In this document: positions 8,045 through 17,800 of the stretch, piece after piece
How the letters are laid out: the number at the start of each line of letters is the position of its first letter
Position numbering within the stretch: the stretch's first letter is position 1
Origin: Coleofasciculus chthonoplastes F2-STO-03
Lineage (GTDB): Bacteria; Cyanobacteriota; Cyanobacteriia; Cyanobacteriales; Coleofasciculaceae
NCBI GenBank assembly: GCA_040222015.1
Contig: JAVJWO010000046.1
Location: 34,424-98,423 of the forward strand
Length of the DNA stretch: 64,000 nucleotides
Reading direction: 5' to 3'
Position numbers and translations under genes: made by a program
The notes under the pieces: model-generated
Databases searched by the model: none
Told to the model about the DNA's origin: nothing
What the model saw: only the letters and a program-made list of their open reading frames with translations

Positions 8045-9120
8045 GCCGCCGCAACAAGGGAACCGTAGCCATCGAATCCGTAAAGGGGCGGTTACGGCTG
8101 CGGCTTCCCCGATTTTGCCCCATAAGATATCTATCTCTCAATCTCTCTGACACCGCCCGAAACCGAAAAATAGCTTCGGCTAAAGCCGGACAAATAGAGT
8201 CAGACATCATATTTGAACGGTTTGATATTACGCTCAATCGATATAGAAATCCTTTACAGCTACCCAAGGGTAAAACTCCACTCTTAGAAATTTGGGATGC
8301 TTACGTTCAAACGCGGGTGCAGGTAATCAGTCAGACTACGCTCAATACTGACTATAAACGAGTACGTGATCGATTAATCGCTTACCCTACCACCTTAGAT
8401 AAAACCGTAATTTTTAAAAACTGGCTGACCAAAAACTACAAGCTGGGAAGCGTGAGGCGAATCTTGAGCCAACTTCGATCGGCGTGTGAGTGGGCTGTGG
8501 AAGAAGGCTTAATCGAATCCAATCCGTTTAAGCAGCTTCCCAAGGCTCAAGTTAGTACATCCGCGCCGGACCCATTCACAAAAGAGGAGCGAGACTTAAT
8601 TATTCGAGGATTTGCGGAAAGTTTCTACTATAAGCATTACACCCCATTTGTGAAGTTTCTGTTCTGGACAGGGTGTCGAACATCTGAAGCGATCGGGCTT
8701 CAGTGGCGACACATCGATCAAGAGCAAAAATTCATAACTTTTGAAGAGGCGCTGGTAAATGGAGTTCGCAAAGACACAAAAACTCATAAGCCCCGACGTT
8801 TTCCGACAAACCAAGCTATTCGCAATTTACTTGAGGACAGGCAGCCGGAGCCGCCAGATTTCAGGCGATTGGTCTTTCGATCAAAGCGGGGATTAGCTAT
8901 AGACTCCCACAATTTCCTGAATCGGGCATGGCGATCGGTGTTGGGGGGATTACCCATCAGATACCGAAAGCAGTATTGCACCAGGGCGACCTTTATCACT
9001 CTTTGCCTTGAAGAAGGCGTCCCAGTAGCACAGGTTGCCGCTTGGGTGGGAAATTCGCCTAAAACTATCTGGCAGCATTACGCCGGAATCGTAAGCGCGA
9101 TCGCAGTGCCAGAACCATAA
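8041..9120 (+). CDS. int: Tyrosine integrase with N-terminal arm-binding (DUF3596-like) domain
   Basis: GRLRLRLP N-terminus; TGCRTSE, KDTKT, YCTRATF, VGNS...HY. Confidence 0.92.
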   Translation: MSRRNKGTVAIESVKGRLRLRLPRFCPIRYLSLNLSDTARNRKIASAKAGQIESDIIFERFDITLNRYRNPLQLPKGKTPLLEIWDAYVQTRVQVISQTTLNTDYKRVRDRLIAYPTTLDKTVIFKNWLTKNYKLGSVRRILSQLRSACEWAVEEGLIESNPFKQLPKAQVSTSAPDPFTKEERDLIIRGFAESFYYKHYTPFVKFLFWTGCRTSEAIGLQWRHIDQEQKFITFEEALVNGVRKDTKTHKPRRFPTNQAIRNLLEDRQPEPPDFRRLVFRSKRGLAIDSHNFLNRAWRSVLGGLPIRYRKQYCTRATFITLCLEEGVPVAQVAAWVGNSPKTIWQHYAGIVSAIAVPEP

Positions 9121-9282
9121 GCGATCGCCATTCGAGTGCCGGAAAAATTTGCCTAAAGCTACTCGATCTAGCTAGGCGGTGGGATGCAGAGCCTGACCCA
9201 GAGGACAAATAATATCCAAACCATATCCATTTTGGGCAAAAACCTTAAAAATATTTTCAAAACCACGAATAGTACATAAACA

Positions 9283-9321
9283 CTAAAAGACGCTACACAC
9301 TCGCAGTGCAGCGTCTTTTAG
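9283..9321 (-). terminator. Hairpin downstream of tRNA-Phe
   Basis: CTAAAAGACGCT...AGCGTCTTTTAG inverted repeat. Confidence 0.6.
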
Positions 9322-9334
9322 GTGGTATACTTGA

Positions 9335-9407
9335 TGCCAGGAGGCGGACTTGAACCGCCGACACGGGGATTTTCAGTCCCCTGCTCTACCGACTGAGCTA
9401 TCCCGGC
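9335..9407 (-). tRNA. trnF: tRNA-Phe(GAA)
   Basis: GCCGGGATAGCTCAGTCGGTAGAGCAGGGGACTGAAAATCCCCGTGTCGGCGGTTCAAGTCCGCCTCCTGGCA cloverleaf; CCA not encoded. Confidence 0.97.
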
Positions 9408-9623
9408 TTGTTATCCTTGCGCCTTAACTAAGGTAGCAAACTTAACCAGGTGTTGGCAAGCCTGATCAGGAATAAATGTGATTTAGCCTATCAATTGAAT
9501 CTTGCCATTAGCTGATTATAGACCAATCGATTACAATTCAACAACTAGATTTGAAATTTCTTCGAGTGTCATTTCAGCTACGCTCCTACCACAGTTTAGC
9601 TTAATTGTCAAGGCATACAAGGG

Positions 9624-11540
9624 TTAGCTAATGCCCGTCAAACGCCGATTATAGGTATTCATGAAATTGGTAAAAATCTGATTGAGTTGTCCTGTACAGC
9701 AATCGGTTTGGGTGAGAACCTTGGGAGAATTGGCAAAAGGTGAAAAAAGCTTGCCGATCGCACCGTGATTCAGGGTGGGGAAGCGGATGGCAATCTTCTG
9801 GTTACTCACGTTTAACACTTGGAACCAAGTGGTTAAGCTGGGTGGGAGTTGAGTACTCAGGCGTAGGGATAAGCTGGGAGTGGAAAGCGATTGGGCGTAG
9901 GCGGGTGTCAAGAAGGGTTTATAACGTTGAGCTTCGGGGGTTAGCTGTTTAATGAAGGCTAAACTCACCCCTCGAAACAGCCGACGTAGGGGTTCGGCTT
10001 CTTGATCAGTTAGTTCTTTGACCAAAGTACTGCTGGTTACAGCTTCATTGAGACTAGCGCGATCGGTGACACTTAGGTGAGTTCCCCCTAATGCCACCAG
10101 CAGATACTTGAGTCCGCTTAACTGATCAAAAGCCCGAAGTTGGTGTTCCAGAGAGGGAGTAATCGCGTCATCGGTTCCCGTTAACAGCAACGTGGGAATT
10201 TTTATCTCCTCTAGACCCGTGCTACCAAATAAATGTCCCGTGACGGCGTTGAGAGCCATCACCTGAACCACCCGCCGATCGCGTAACTGCACATTGTCTT
10301 CCTGTAAGTCTGTGGCAGAACATTGAAACCAGTCAGCAGGTGAGCGTTCTAGAGGACTACGCTTTTGACAAAACTCTTGCAATTCCTCTAGGTCAAGTTG
10401 TCCTCCGGCTAAGGCTAAAGCGGTGTAGCCGCCTAGGGAATGACCAATAACGGTAACTTGTTCCGTATTCAATTTGCCCCGCAATGATCCATAGCCTCGA
10501 TTAATTCGCGCCAACCGATCTAAGACAAAGCTGACATCCTGAGGACGGTCGATAAACTCCGATGCGGGTAACACCTCTCCAATGTTACTCCTGAGAGAAA
10601 CGCCACTGAGCCAGCTAAAATTACTGCCGGGATGTTCTATTGCCACAACGGTTAAACCATTAGACGCGAGATGACGTGCTAGGTAGGTTAAAAATTTGCG
10701 GTCAGACCCAAAGCCGTGGGAAAGAACGACCAAAGGTCCTGAAGTATTGCCCACCCAGTAAACATCCACGGGAATAGCCCGATCGCGATCGCGATCCCGT
10801 AACCTCAGGGTACGTTCCCGGACATATTGATAACCTGTCACTGTTGGATCAAAATCAGCCGTAAAAGTTGGCGTATCCGCTACCGTGAGTTCCTGTTCCA
10901 GGATCGGATTAACCACTTGAGATTGTAAGTAAGGCAGATTCATTTGCAGTATGATCGCGATCGCGGATGAGGCATTGATCGTGACCGTCTCTTCTGGGTA
11001 AGCTCTTAAAAAACTTAGCACCGACAATCCATTCGCTTGGCGTGCCGCTAAAAATAGAGCCGCTTTTAACTGATCAAGACTGCTATCCGGGAGTACTTTA
11101 CCAATTTGATCCAGTAAGCGGGCGCCATCGGTGGACAGTAGCAAATCATTGATAAATTTCTCAGCCAGATTGGGGTCGAGTTGCAGGCGTCTGTTGAGTA
11201 CCTGCTGGACTTGGGGGGTGAGTAAGGAACGGTAGGGTGTGAGAGTCGGCGGTAATTGACCCGTCTGTGCCCATTCTTCTAGATCCGCGATTTCCACCGA
11301 TTGCTGAAACGGACCTAATTGCAGGGTAACTCGTTCCGCCGCATTCAGGGGAGTGGCGATTCCCCAAGAAATGGCGACGCCGAATAAAAAAATGTGGTGT
11401 TTAACTTTCTGGATTAGCCCTCTGGACTTCACTCCTTTTCTCGGTTGAGTACACCGAGAGTCTTTGCTATCAAACCGATTAACTTGAAACGTCATGATGT
11501 AATGATTTGACTGGGGTGGATGGAGGATAAAGAGTTTCAA
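9624..11540 (-). CDS. DUF1400 + alpha/beta hydrolase (start may be 11495)
   Basis: AAERVTL N-domain; VVLSHGFG; GHSLGG nucleophile elbow; GGTH. Confidence 0.88.
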   Translation of the reverse strand: MKLFILHPPQSNHYIMTFQVNRFDSKDSRCTQPRKGVKSRGLIQKVKHHIFLFGVAISWGIATPLNAAERVTLQLGPFQQSVEIADLEEWAQTGQLPPTLTPYRSLLTPQVQQVLNRRLQLDPNLAEKFINDLLLSTDGARLLDQIGKVLPDSSLDQLKAALFLAARQANGLSVLSFLRAYPEETVTINASSAIAIILQMNLPYLQSQVVNPILEQELTVADTPTFTADFDPTVTGYQYVRERTLRLRDRDRDRAIPVDVYWVGNTSGPLVVLSHGFGSDRKFLTYLARHLASNGLTVVAIEHPGSNFSWLSGVSLRSNIGEVLPASEFIDRPQDVSFVLDRLARINRGYGSLRGKLNTEQVTVIGHSLGGYTALALAGGQLDLEELQEFCQKRSPLERSPADWFQCSATDLQEDNVQLRDRRVVQVMALNAVTGHLFGSTGLEEIKIPTLLLTGTDDAITPSLEHQLRAFDQLSGLKYLLVALGGTHLSVTDRASLNEAVTSSTLVKELTDQEAEPLRRLFRGVSLAFIKQLTPEAQRYKPFLTPAYAQSLSTPSLSLRLSTQLPPSLTTWFQVLNVSNQKIAIRFPTLNHGAIGKLFSPFANSPKVLTQTDCCTGQLNQIFTNFMNTYNRRLTGIS

Positions 11541-11651
11541 ATAAAGCGACCCAACACCGTATAGATAAGTTTCCCTGACATTGTTCCTACTACCGCGAAA
11601 AAATACTTATGCTTTTCCTATATATATAAGACATCTAGTCAGGGATGAGAA

Positions 11652-12620
11652 TTGAGAGATAATAATCAAGTGTATGCTTGCGGAAACTTTCTCCTCGTGT
11701 GCAAACCTCTCGTCCTCATGGATCATGATGGCGGTGTCGATGATTACTTGGCAACCGTCTTGCTGATGACAATGGATCACATCCAACCTTTGGGTATCGT
11801 TGTCACCCCAGCTGATTGCTATATTCAACCCGCCGTTAGCGCCACGCGCAAAATTTTAGACCTAATCGGATGTTCTCATATCCCCGTTGCCGAGAGTACG
11901 GTACGCGGGATTAATCCCTTTCCTCCCCTTTACCGTCGGGATGCGTTTATTGTGGATCATCTGCCGATTCTTAACCAGAATGACGCCATCCAAACCCCCC
12001 TGCTAAAGGAAACGGGTCAAGAGTTTATCGTGCGATCGCTGCGAACGGCTGACCAACCCGTTACCCTAATGGTGACAGGACCTCTCACCACTGTCGCCAC
12101 CGCCCTCAACCTCGCCCCGGATAGTGCCGCGAAGATTGAGCAAATCGTCTGGATGGGGGGTGCGATTCACGTTGCTGGTAATGTGGAAAAAAGTCTAGAA
12201 CCCGGACAAGACGGTTCAGCCGAATGGAACGCCTACTGGGACCCCCTCGCCGTACATCAGATTTGGCAAACTCAGATTCCTATTGTCCTTTGTCCCCTTG
12301 ACCTCACCAATACTGTCCCCGTTACCTCGGAGTTTGTTTACAAATTGGGGAAACAGCGTCGCTATCCCATTTCAGATTTTGCGGGTCAATGTTACGCCTT
12401 AGTGATTCCCCAAGACTATTATTTCTGGGACGTTCTCGCCACCACCTATCTCGCCCATCCGGATTTCTTTACCTGGCAAGAGTTGGAAACCTCGGTAATT
12501 CCTCAGGGTTCCAGTCAAGGTCGTATCCAGGTTGAGGCGGGAGGAAAACGGATTCGGGTTCTGGATACCGTCGATAAGACAGAATACTACTCCTATCTCT
12601 TACATCAGTGGGCAAGGTAA
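11652..12620 (+). CDS. Inosine/uridine-preferring nucleoside hydrolase (true start probably slightly downstream)
   Basis: DHDGGVDD, TGPLT, WMGGA, AEWNAYWDP, WDVL. Confidence 0.92.
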   Translation: MRDNNQVYACGNFLLVCKPLVLMDHDGGVDDYLATVLLMTMDHIQPLGIVVTPADCYIQPAVSATRKILDLIGCSHIPVAESTVRGINPFPPLYRRDAFIVDHLPILNQNDAIQTPLLKETGQEFIVRSLRTADQPVTLMVTGPLTTVATALNLAPDSAAKIEQIVWMGGAIHVAGNVEKSLEPGQDGSAEWNAYWDPLAVHQIWQTQIPIVLCPLDLTNTVPVTSEFVYKLGKQRRYPISDFAGQCYALVIPQDYYFWDVLATTYLAHPDFFTWQELETSVIPQGSSQGRIQVEAGGKRIRVLDTVDKTEYYSYLLHQWAR

Positions 12621-13089
12621 CATATAAAGTGTGATTTAAGTCACTTTACTCACGCTCAGCCGAGTTGTCTGAGAATCATGCCTCCCCCCACCCAATTAAC
12701 GATTAACCCTTTCCTGGAAGGCGATTGAGGGGTTATCCCCTGCCAGTCTCACCCTTTGGGTGAAAACTAAATGAGAATGGTTCATTTCTTTTAATAATTG
12801 TGATCATCCTGTATTATGAAAGACAAAAACAGCAAAAATATGACAGAAGCGATTTTTGAGCAGAGTCGTTATCGCAACTTGATCCCCTGATTGTCAGGGA
12901 GAAGGGTTCAGAGGCAGACTCTGCTCTTTTAGAGTTTCCATATAATATCCGACTTTTTTTAACGCTGAGAGAACGCTGAGAGGATAAATAATCAGTGCTG
13001 ATTGACACTCACCTGACTACAGGTGAGACAAATTGGTTTTTTGTATCCTCTCCATTGAAGGGAAATTAGAGTGTAACGGGATTTTTACC

Positions 13090-14178
13090 ATGACCTATTC
13101 TATCGCATCCACAGAACGTTACGTGTCCCAGCCGAGACCGCGTCAGCGTTCTACTGGTGGCAAACCACCAAACTCGTCAAAGTCCGACTCGTCAACATCC
13201 AACGTTCATTCCTTGGCGGTGCTTTGGGCGAGGAAATACTATACGGCTGTTACCAATCAAGACCAAGATGAGTCAGCCTCCAGTTTAGCGGCGGCGGATC
13301 TCAAGCAAACTGCCTCACTCGAAGCCAGAAAAAGCACGGCAGAGAAAATGATGCAAAAGCTCAACTTTGCCAGCGCCCAAGCGTGGTCATTGACCGAAAC
13401 CCTGTTATCTGAGGAAATTCGTCGTCATGGTATTAATCCTGAATTAGTCAATCCCTTAGAAATTGCGGCTGATACCCGTTATCTGTTTCAAAAGACAGCA
13501 AATGCTTATGCTCAACGTGCAACACCCCGACGTTTATCGGTGATTGTCGGCAAAGATTTTGGTCAAGTGCGCCAAAAATATACGAGTGTTGACCGCCGTG
13601 CGATCGGGTTTGTCAGTATGCAGTTCCACTACACGGGTCAAAAGATACTGGATTGGCTCTCACCAGCGGAACAAAAGCTGTGGCTTCCCTATTTAAAGGT
13701 AATGGATGACCACATGTATATGCCCCTACAAGCGGCGTATGATGCGGCTGCCAACCATCCCTACAATTCTCCGGCGCTATTAGCGGTGCAGAATCTGTTA
13801 CCCATCAGCACGAAACTGGCTATTTCCGTTTGTCAACAAGTTTGCCGTCAGAATCCCAATTACGAAACCTACAGTGGTTCGTTGATGAGCAAAACCGTGA
13901 GAATTGCCAGTATCCGCGACGTGGAAATGTTTCAGGTTTATTTGTGTCTGTGTGTTTTAGAAGATGACATTCGGGCGGTGCAGCGAGAACTGTTTCCCCT
14001 GTGCGTCATGCTTTATCCGCGTCTGCGTGTCGGCTGGCGTTTAGTGCAGGATATGCTTAAAGCGATTGGTTGGGAAATGTACAATCGTCTATCTCCCGAA
14101 AATATGGCAACCTTTTTACCCTATCTGCGGACATTAACGGAGATGTTCTCCTGTGACGTATTTCAAGAGCCAGAATAG
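13090..14178 (+). CDS. Conserved cyanobacterial protein, probable phycobiliprotein/globin-like fold
   Basis: C-terminal SIRDVEMFQVYL...LYPRLRV...LSPENMATFLPYL parallels allophycocyanin CLRD..Y...MY..LG....LS.E.....Y. Confidence 0.7.
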   Translation: MTYSIASTERYVSQPRPRQRSTGGKPPNSSKSDSSTSNVHSLAVLWARKYYTAVTNQDQDESASSLAAADLKQTASLEARKSTAEKMMQKLNFASAQAWSLTETLLSEEIRRHGINPELVNPLEIAADTRYLFQKTANAYAQRATPRRLSVIVGKDFGQVRQKYTSVDRRAIGFVSMQFHYTGQKILDWLSPAEQKLWLPYLKVMDDHMYMPLQAAYDAAANHPYNSPALLAVQNLLPISTKLAISVCQQVCRQNPNYETYSGSLMSKTVRIASIRDVEMFQVYLCLCVLEDDIRAVQRELFPLCVMLYPRLRVGWRLVQDMLKAIGWEMYNRLSPENMATFLPYLRTLTEMFSCDVFQEPE

Positions 14179-14197
14179 TGTTGTATAGACATAACCT

Positions 14198-14227
14198 TGT
14201 AGAGACGTTGCATGCAACGTCTCTACA
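14198..14227. repeat. GTAG-type REP palindrome
   Basis: TGTAGAGACGTTGCATGCAACGTCTCTACA; related copies at 21187 and 53503. Confidence 0.9.
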
Positions 14228-14802
14228 GTCTGGAAAGGAAGAGTTCTATAATTTTCTCGTTAAGCCTGCGTTGAAAACTGCGCTTGCGTGAAGAGAAGCT
14301 AGTACGACGAATGACGAATGACGAATGACAAACCATAAAGCAACAGCAACTCTCAAAACTAGCTTGCTTGAATGATTTCCTGTTTAAGTTAATTCTATCT
14401 GGAGTTGCACTAAAAATTTAGTTTTGAGTGCTTAATCTCCCTAGTTTACAATTTTAGGAAATCTCAGCAATTTGTTGAGCGTTGCTGTTACTTGTCAATG
14501 AGGAAATAGAGATGAAATTTATCAGTCGGCTTTATACCTCCTAATTTTATTTTGTCAGTTCAACTTCTGTCATTAGTAAGCCTTTAGGCTTCAATTTCTA
14601 ATATAATCACCTTTACGGGAAAGCACAAGTAAATGACATAGAAGTTTACGTTTCGATGGTTAAAGGCTGTCGTTTATATTACAAATAATTTACGAATAGG
14701 GTTCTAAGCGCCAAATTTACGTAATTCTACGGTAGCGATCGCATTTCTCCATCTGGCTTAATTTGAATATCAGTAGAAATACGGAGTCTGAGACAGGGTG
14801 TC

Positions 14803-17800
14803 ATGGTGAGATTCAGGCAAAGTCAATCACGTCGGGGAATCCGTTTAGCCGCAGGAGTGGCGATCGCGTGGGTTCTATCCCATTGGACAACTCCTACCGT
14901 TGCCCAAGTTATTCCTGATTCTACTCTAGGGGGGGAAGGCTCTGTGGTGACGCCGGATGTGATCATTGAGGGACTTCCGGCGGATCAGATTGATGGAGGG
15001 GCGATTCGAGGTGCGAATCTGTTTCACAGTTTCTCGGAGTTTAATGTCGGCGCGGGACAACGGGTTTATTTTGCCAATCCGACGGGAATTGACACGATTC
15101 TCAGCCGGGTTACGGGTACGGATGTTTCGGATATTTTGGGAACCCTGGGGGTTAATGGTAGGGCAAATTTGTTTCTGATGAATCCGAATGGGATTGTTTT
15201 TGGTAAAAATGCCCAATTGGATGTTCAGGGGGCGTTTGTGGCGTCTACCGCAGAGGGTTGGGTGTTTGAGAATGGCACAGAGTTTAGTGCAACGAATCCC
15301 CAAGCACCGCCATTACTGACGATTAACCTGACACCGGGATTGCAATATGGGTCGAATTATCAAGGCGCGATCGCAAGTTCTGGTAGTTTAGCTGTAGGAG
15401 GGGATTTGATTCTCGCGGGTCGAACTCTTGACCTAAAGAATCAGGTACAAGCTGGGGGAAATTTGACCCTATTCGCGACGGATACGCTGAAGGTGCGCGA
15501 TAGCGTAGCGAGTCCGTTTATTGCTTCAGCCATGGGTCAATTGTTGGTGCAGGGGAATCAAGCGATCGATATTTTTGCCTTGAATCATCCCGATAGTGGG
15601 TTTTTTTCCGGTGGGGATATGGTATTTCGTTCTGGCAATACGGTTAGTGCAGATGCTCACTTCTGGAGTGGTGGAAATTTTCGCATTGAACGATTGGATA
15701 GTAGTTTAGGGAATTTGTCAAGTCCTTATGACCCAGTGATTCGAGCTAGTGGGGATGTGAGTTTCAATGATTACACAGGTCCCTCTTTGCATATTTTGGC
15801 TGGGGGGAGTGTCACGATTTCTGGGGATGTTGCCATAGAAGAGGTCGAGGCAAATGCTGATGCGATTAATGGAGATACTATCGTCTTATCAGATGGGACA
15901 GAAATCACGATTAATGGTTCGACAAGACCAACTTTAGATATCCGTGCGGGAACGACTGATTTTGGCACGCCTAATGCTGCACCCATTGATAATTTTAATC
16001 CCTTTGGTGACTTCGATTCACCGCCGACGATTGACGCTTCAGGTACAGGAACGAGTGCGGATATCAGAATTGCTGGTTTGATCGATATTCAGGCGGCGGA
16101 TGGATTGGTGCTTTTAACGAATCAGTATCGCCCCAATCTTTCCTTGTCGGGGGGAGTGATTACTGCGCCATTGATTTTTACGGATGATTTTCAACGTAGG
16201 TTTGTGGGGAACAGTGGTTCTATTTTTATTGATGCTAGAGGCAATATAGAAGTCGGTCAGATTGATACCAGCAGCGTTTCCGGAAATGGCGGTGAAATCA
16301 GGATTATTTCTGACCAAAATATTACCTTTACAGACAATGTTGATTCTTCGGTTCGACCTGATTTTGGCTTAGGGTTTGGTGTCGGTGGCAATATTACCGT
16401 GACGGCTCAAGAAGAAATTATTCTCCCCAGTGCAAATATATCGATTATTAGCGTTACTCAGGGTCAAGGTAAGGGCGGTGATATTGAGATTAATACTAGG
16501 TCGCTGTCCCTCGTAAATGGAGCTGAAATCTTTACAGTTACTCAAAGTGAGGGAGAGGATTCAGGTCAAGGGGGTAATCTGACAATTAATGCCAGCGAAT
16601 CTGTAGAATTAATTGGTGTGGGTATACCTCCAGGTAGCAATCGGGCGAGGAATACCAGATTGTCAGCCAGAACTTTGGGGGATGGTGATGCTGGCAATTT
16701 GACCGTAAATACGAGACAGTTGATTCTGCGAGATGGTGGGATACTATCAACGATTACTTGTGGTACAGGAGCAATGACTCGGTGTGGTTCAGCGCAACCA
16801 GGTACGTTGAGGGTTAATGCTTCTGATTTTATCGAATTGACGGGTACTCCAAATGTAGATGATGGTGTACTTTTAACCAGTGGTTTATTTAGTACGAGTG
16901 TGCTTGATGGGGATGGCGGAGATGTTTTTGTTGAAACCGGGCGATTGATTATCCGGGATGGGGCGCAGATTGCTGCGGCTGCTGAGAGAAGGAGTACAGG
17001 TGCGGGTGGAAATATAACAGTAACTGCATCTGATTTAGTAGAATTAAGTGGCACGAGACCTAATGGAATCCCAGGCGGTTTATATACTTTTGCTGCTGAG
17101 GAAAGTTCTGGAGATGCGGGAAATCTGACGGTTAATACAGGACAATTCATTGTTCGGGATGGCGCATCAGTCGCAAGTAGTACAGATAGTACCGGAAATG
17201 CTGGAGATTTGGAAATAAATGCGTCTGAGTCTATGGAAGTCATTAATGCAGAGGTTCGTGCTATAACTACTTTGAATGCTGATGATGCGGGTGATGCTGG
17301 CAATTTTTTGATTAATACGAACCAATTAATCGTGCGGGAGGGAGGATTAGTTTCAGCTAGAACTTTGGGTCCAGGTGATGCTGGAATATTAGATATTAAG
17401 ACGAATCGGTTAGTGGTTCGAGATGGGGCAAGAGTTTCTGCGGATACCTCTAGCACTGGTGAAGCGGGCAAACTGAATGTGATGGCGACTGAATCTGTTG
17501 AGGTTATTGGGACAGCATCTGATGGAACCACTCCTAGTAGCTTATTATTTGATTCGTCGGCTTCAGAAATCGGGGGAAATGCAGGAGAATTAACCATTGA
17601 TACGAGTCGGTTAATTGTCCAAGATGGAGGATTGGTTTCCGCGACAACGGCGAATACTGGGGAAGCGGGAAAATTAACTGTAAATGCGTCTGAATCGGTA
17701 GAAGTTGTTGGTACGTCACCGAATGGTCAAACCCCTAGCCTTTTAGTCTTTGATTCGTCTGGTTCCGGTAATGCGGGAGAGTTGAAGATTGACACAGAAC

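Larger units (their letters stand above)
1..9334. mobile_element. Right part of an integrative prophage/satellite-like element inserted at the 3' end of tRNA-Phe; left end outside window
   Basis: Tyrosine integrase converges on tRNA 3' end; XRE HTH, Gp37/Gp68, DnaB-N/AAA replication gene and short overlapping ORFs; no capsid/tail genes in visible part. Confidence 0.85.
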
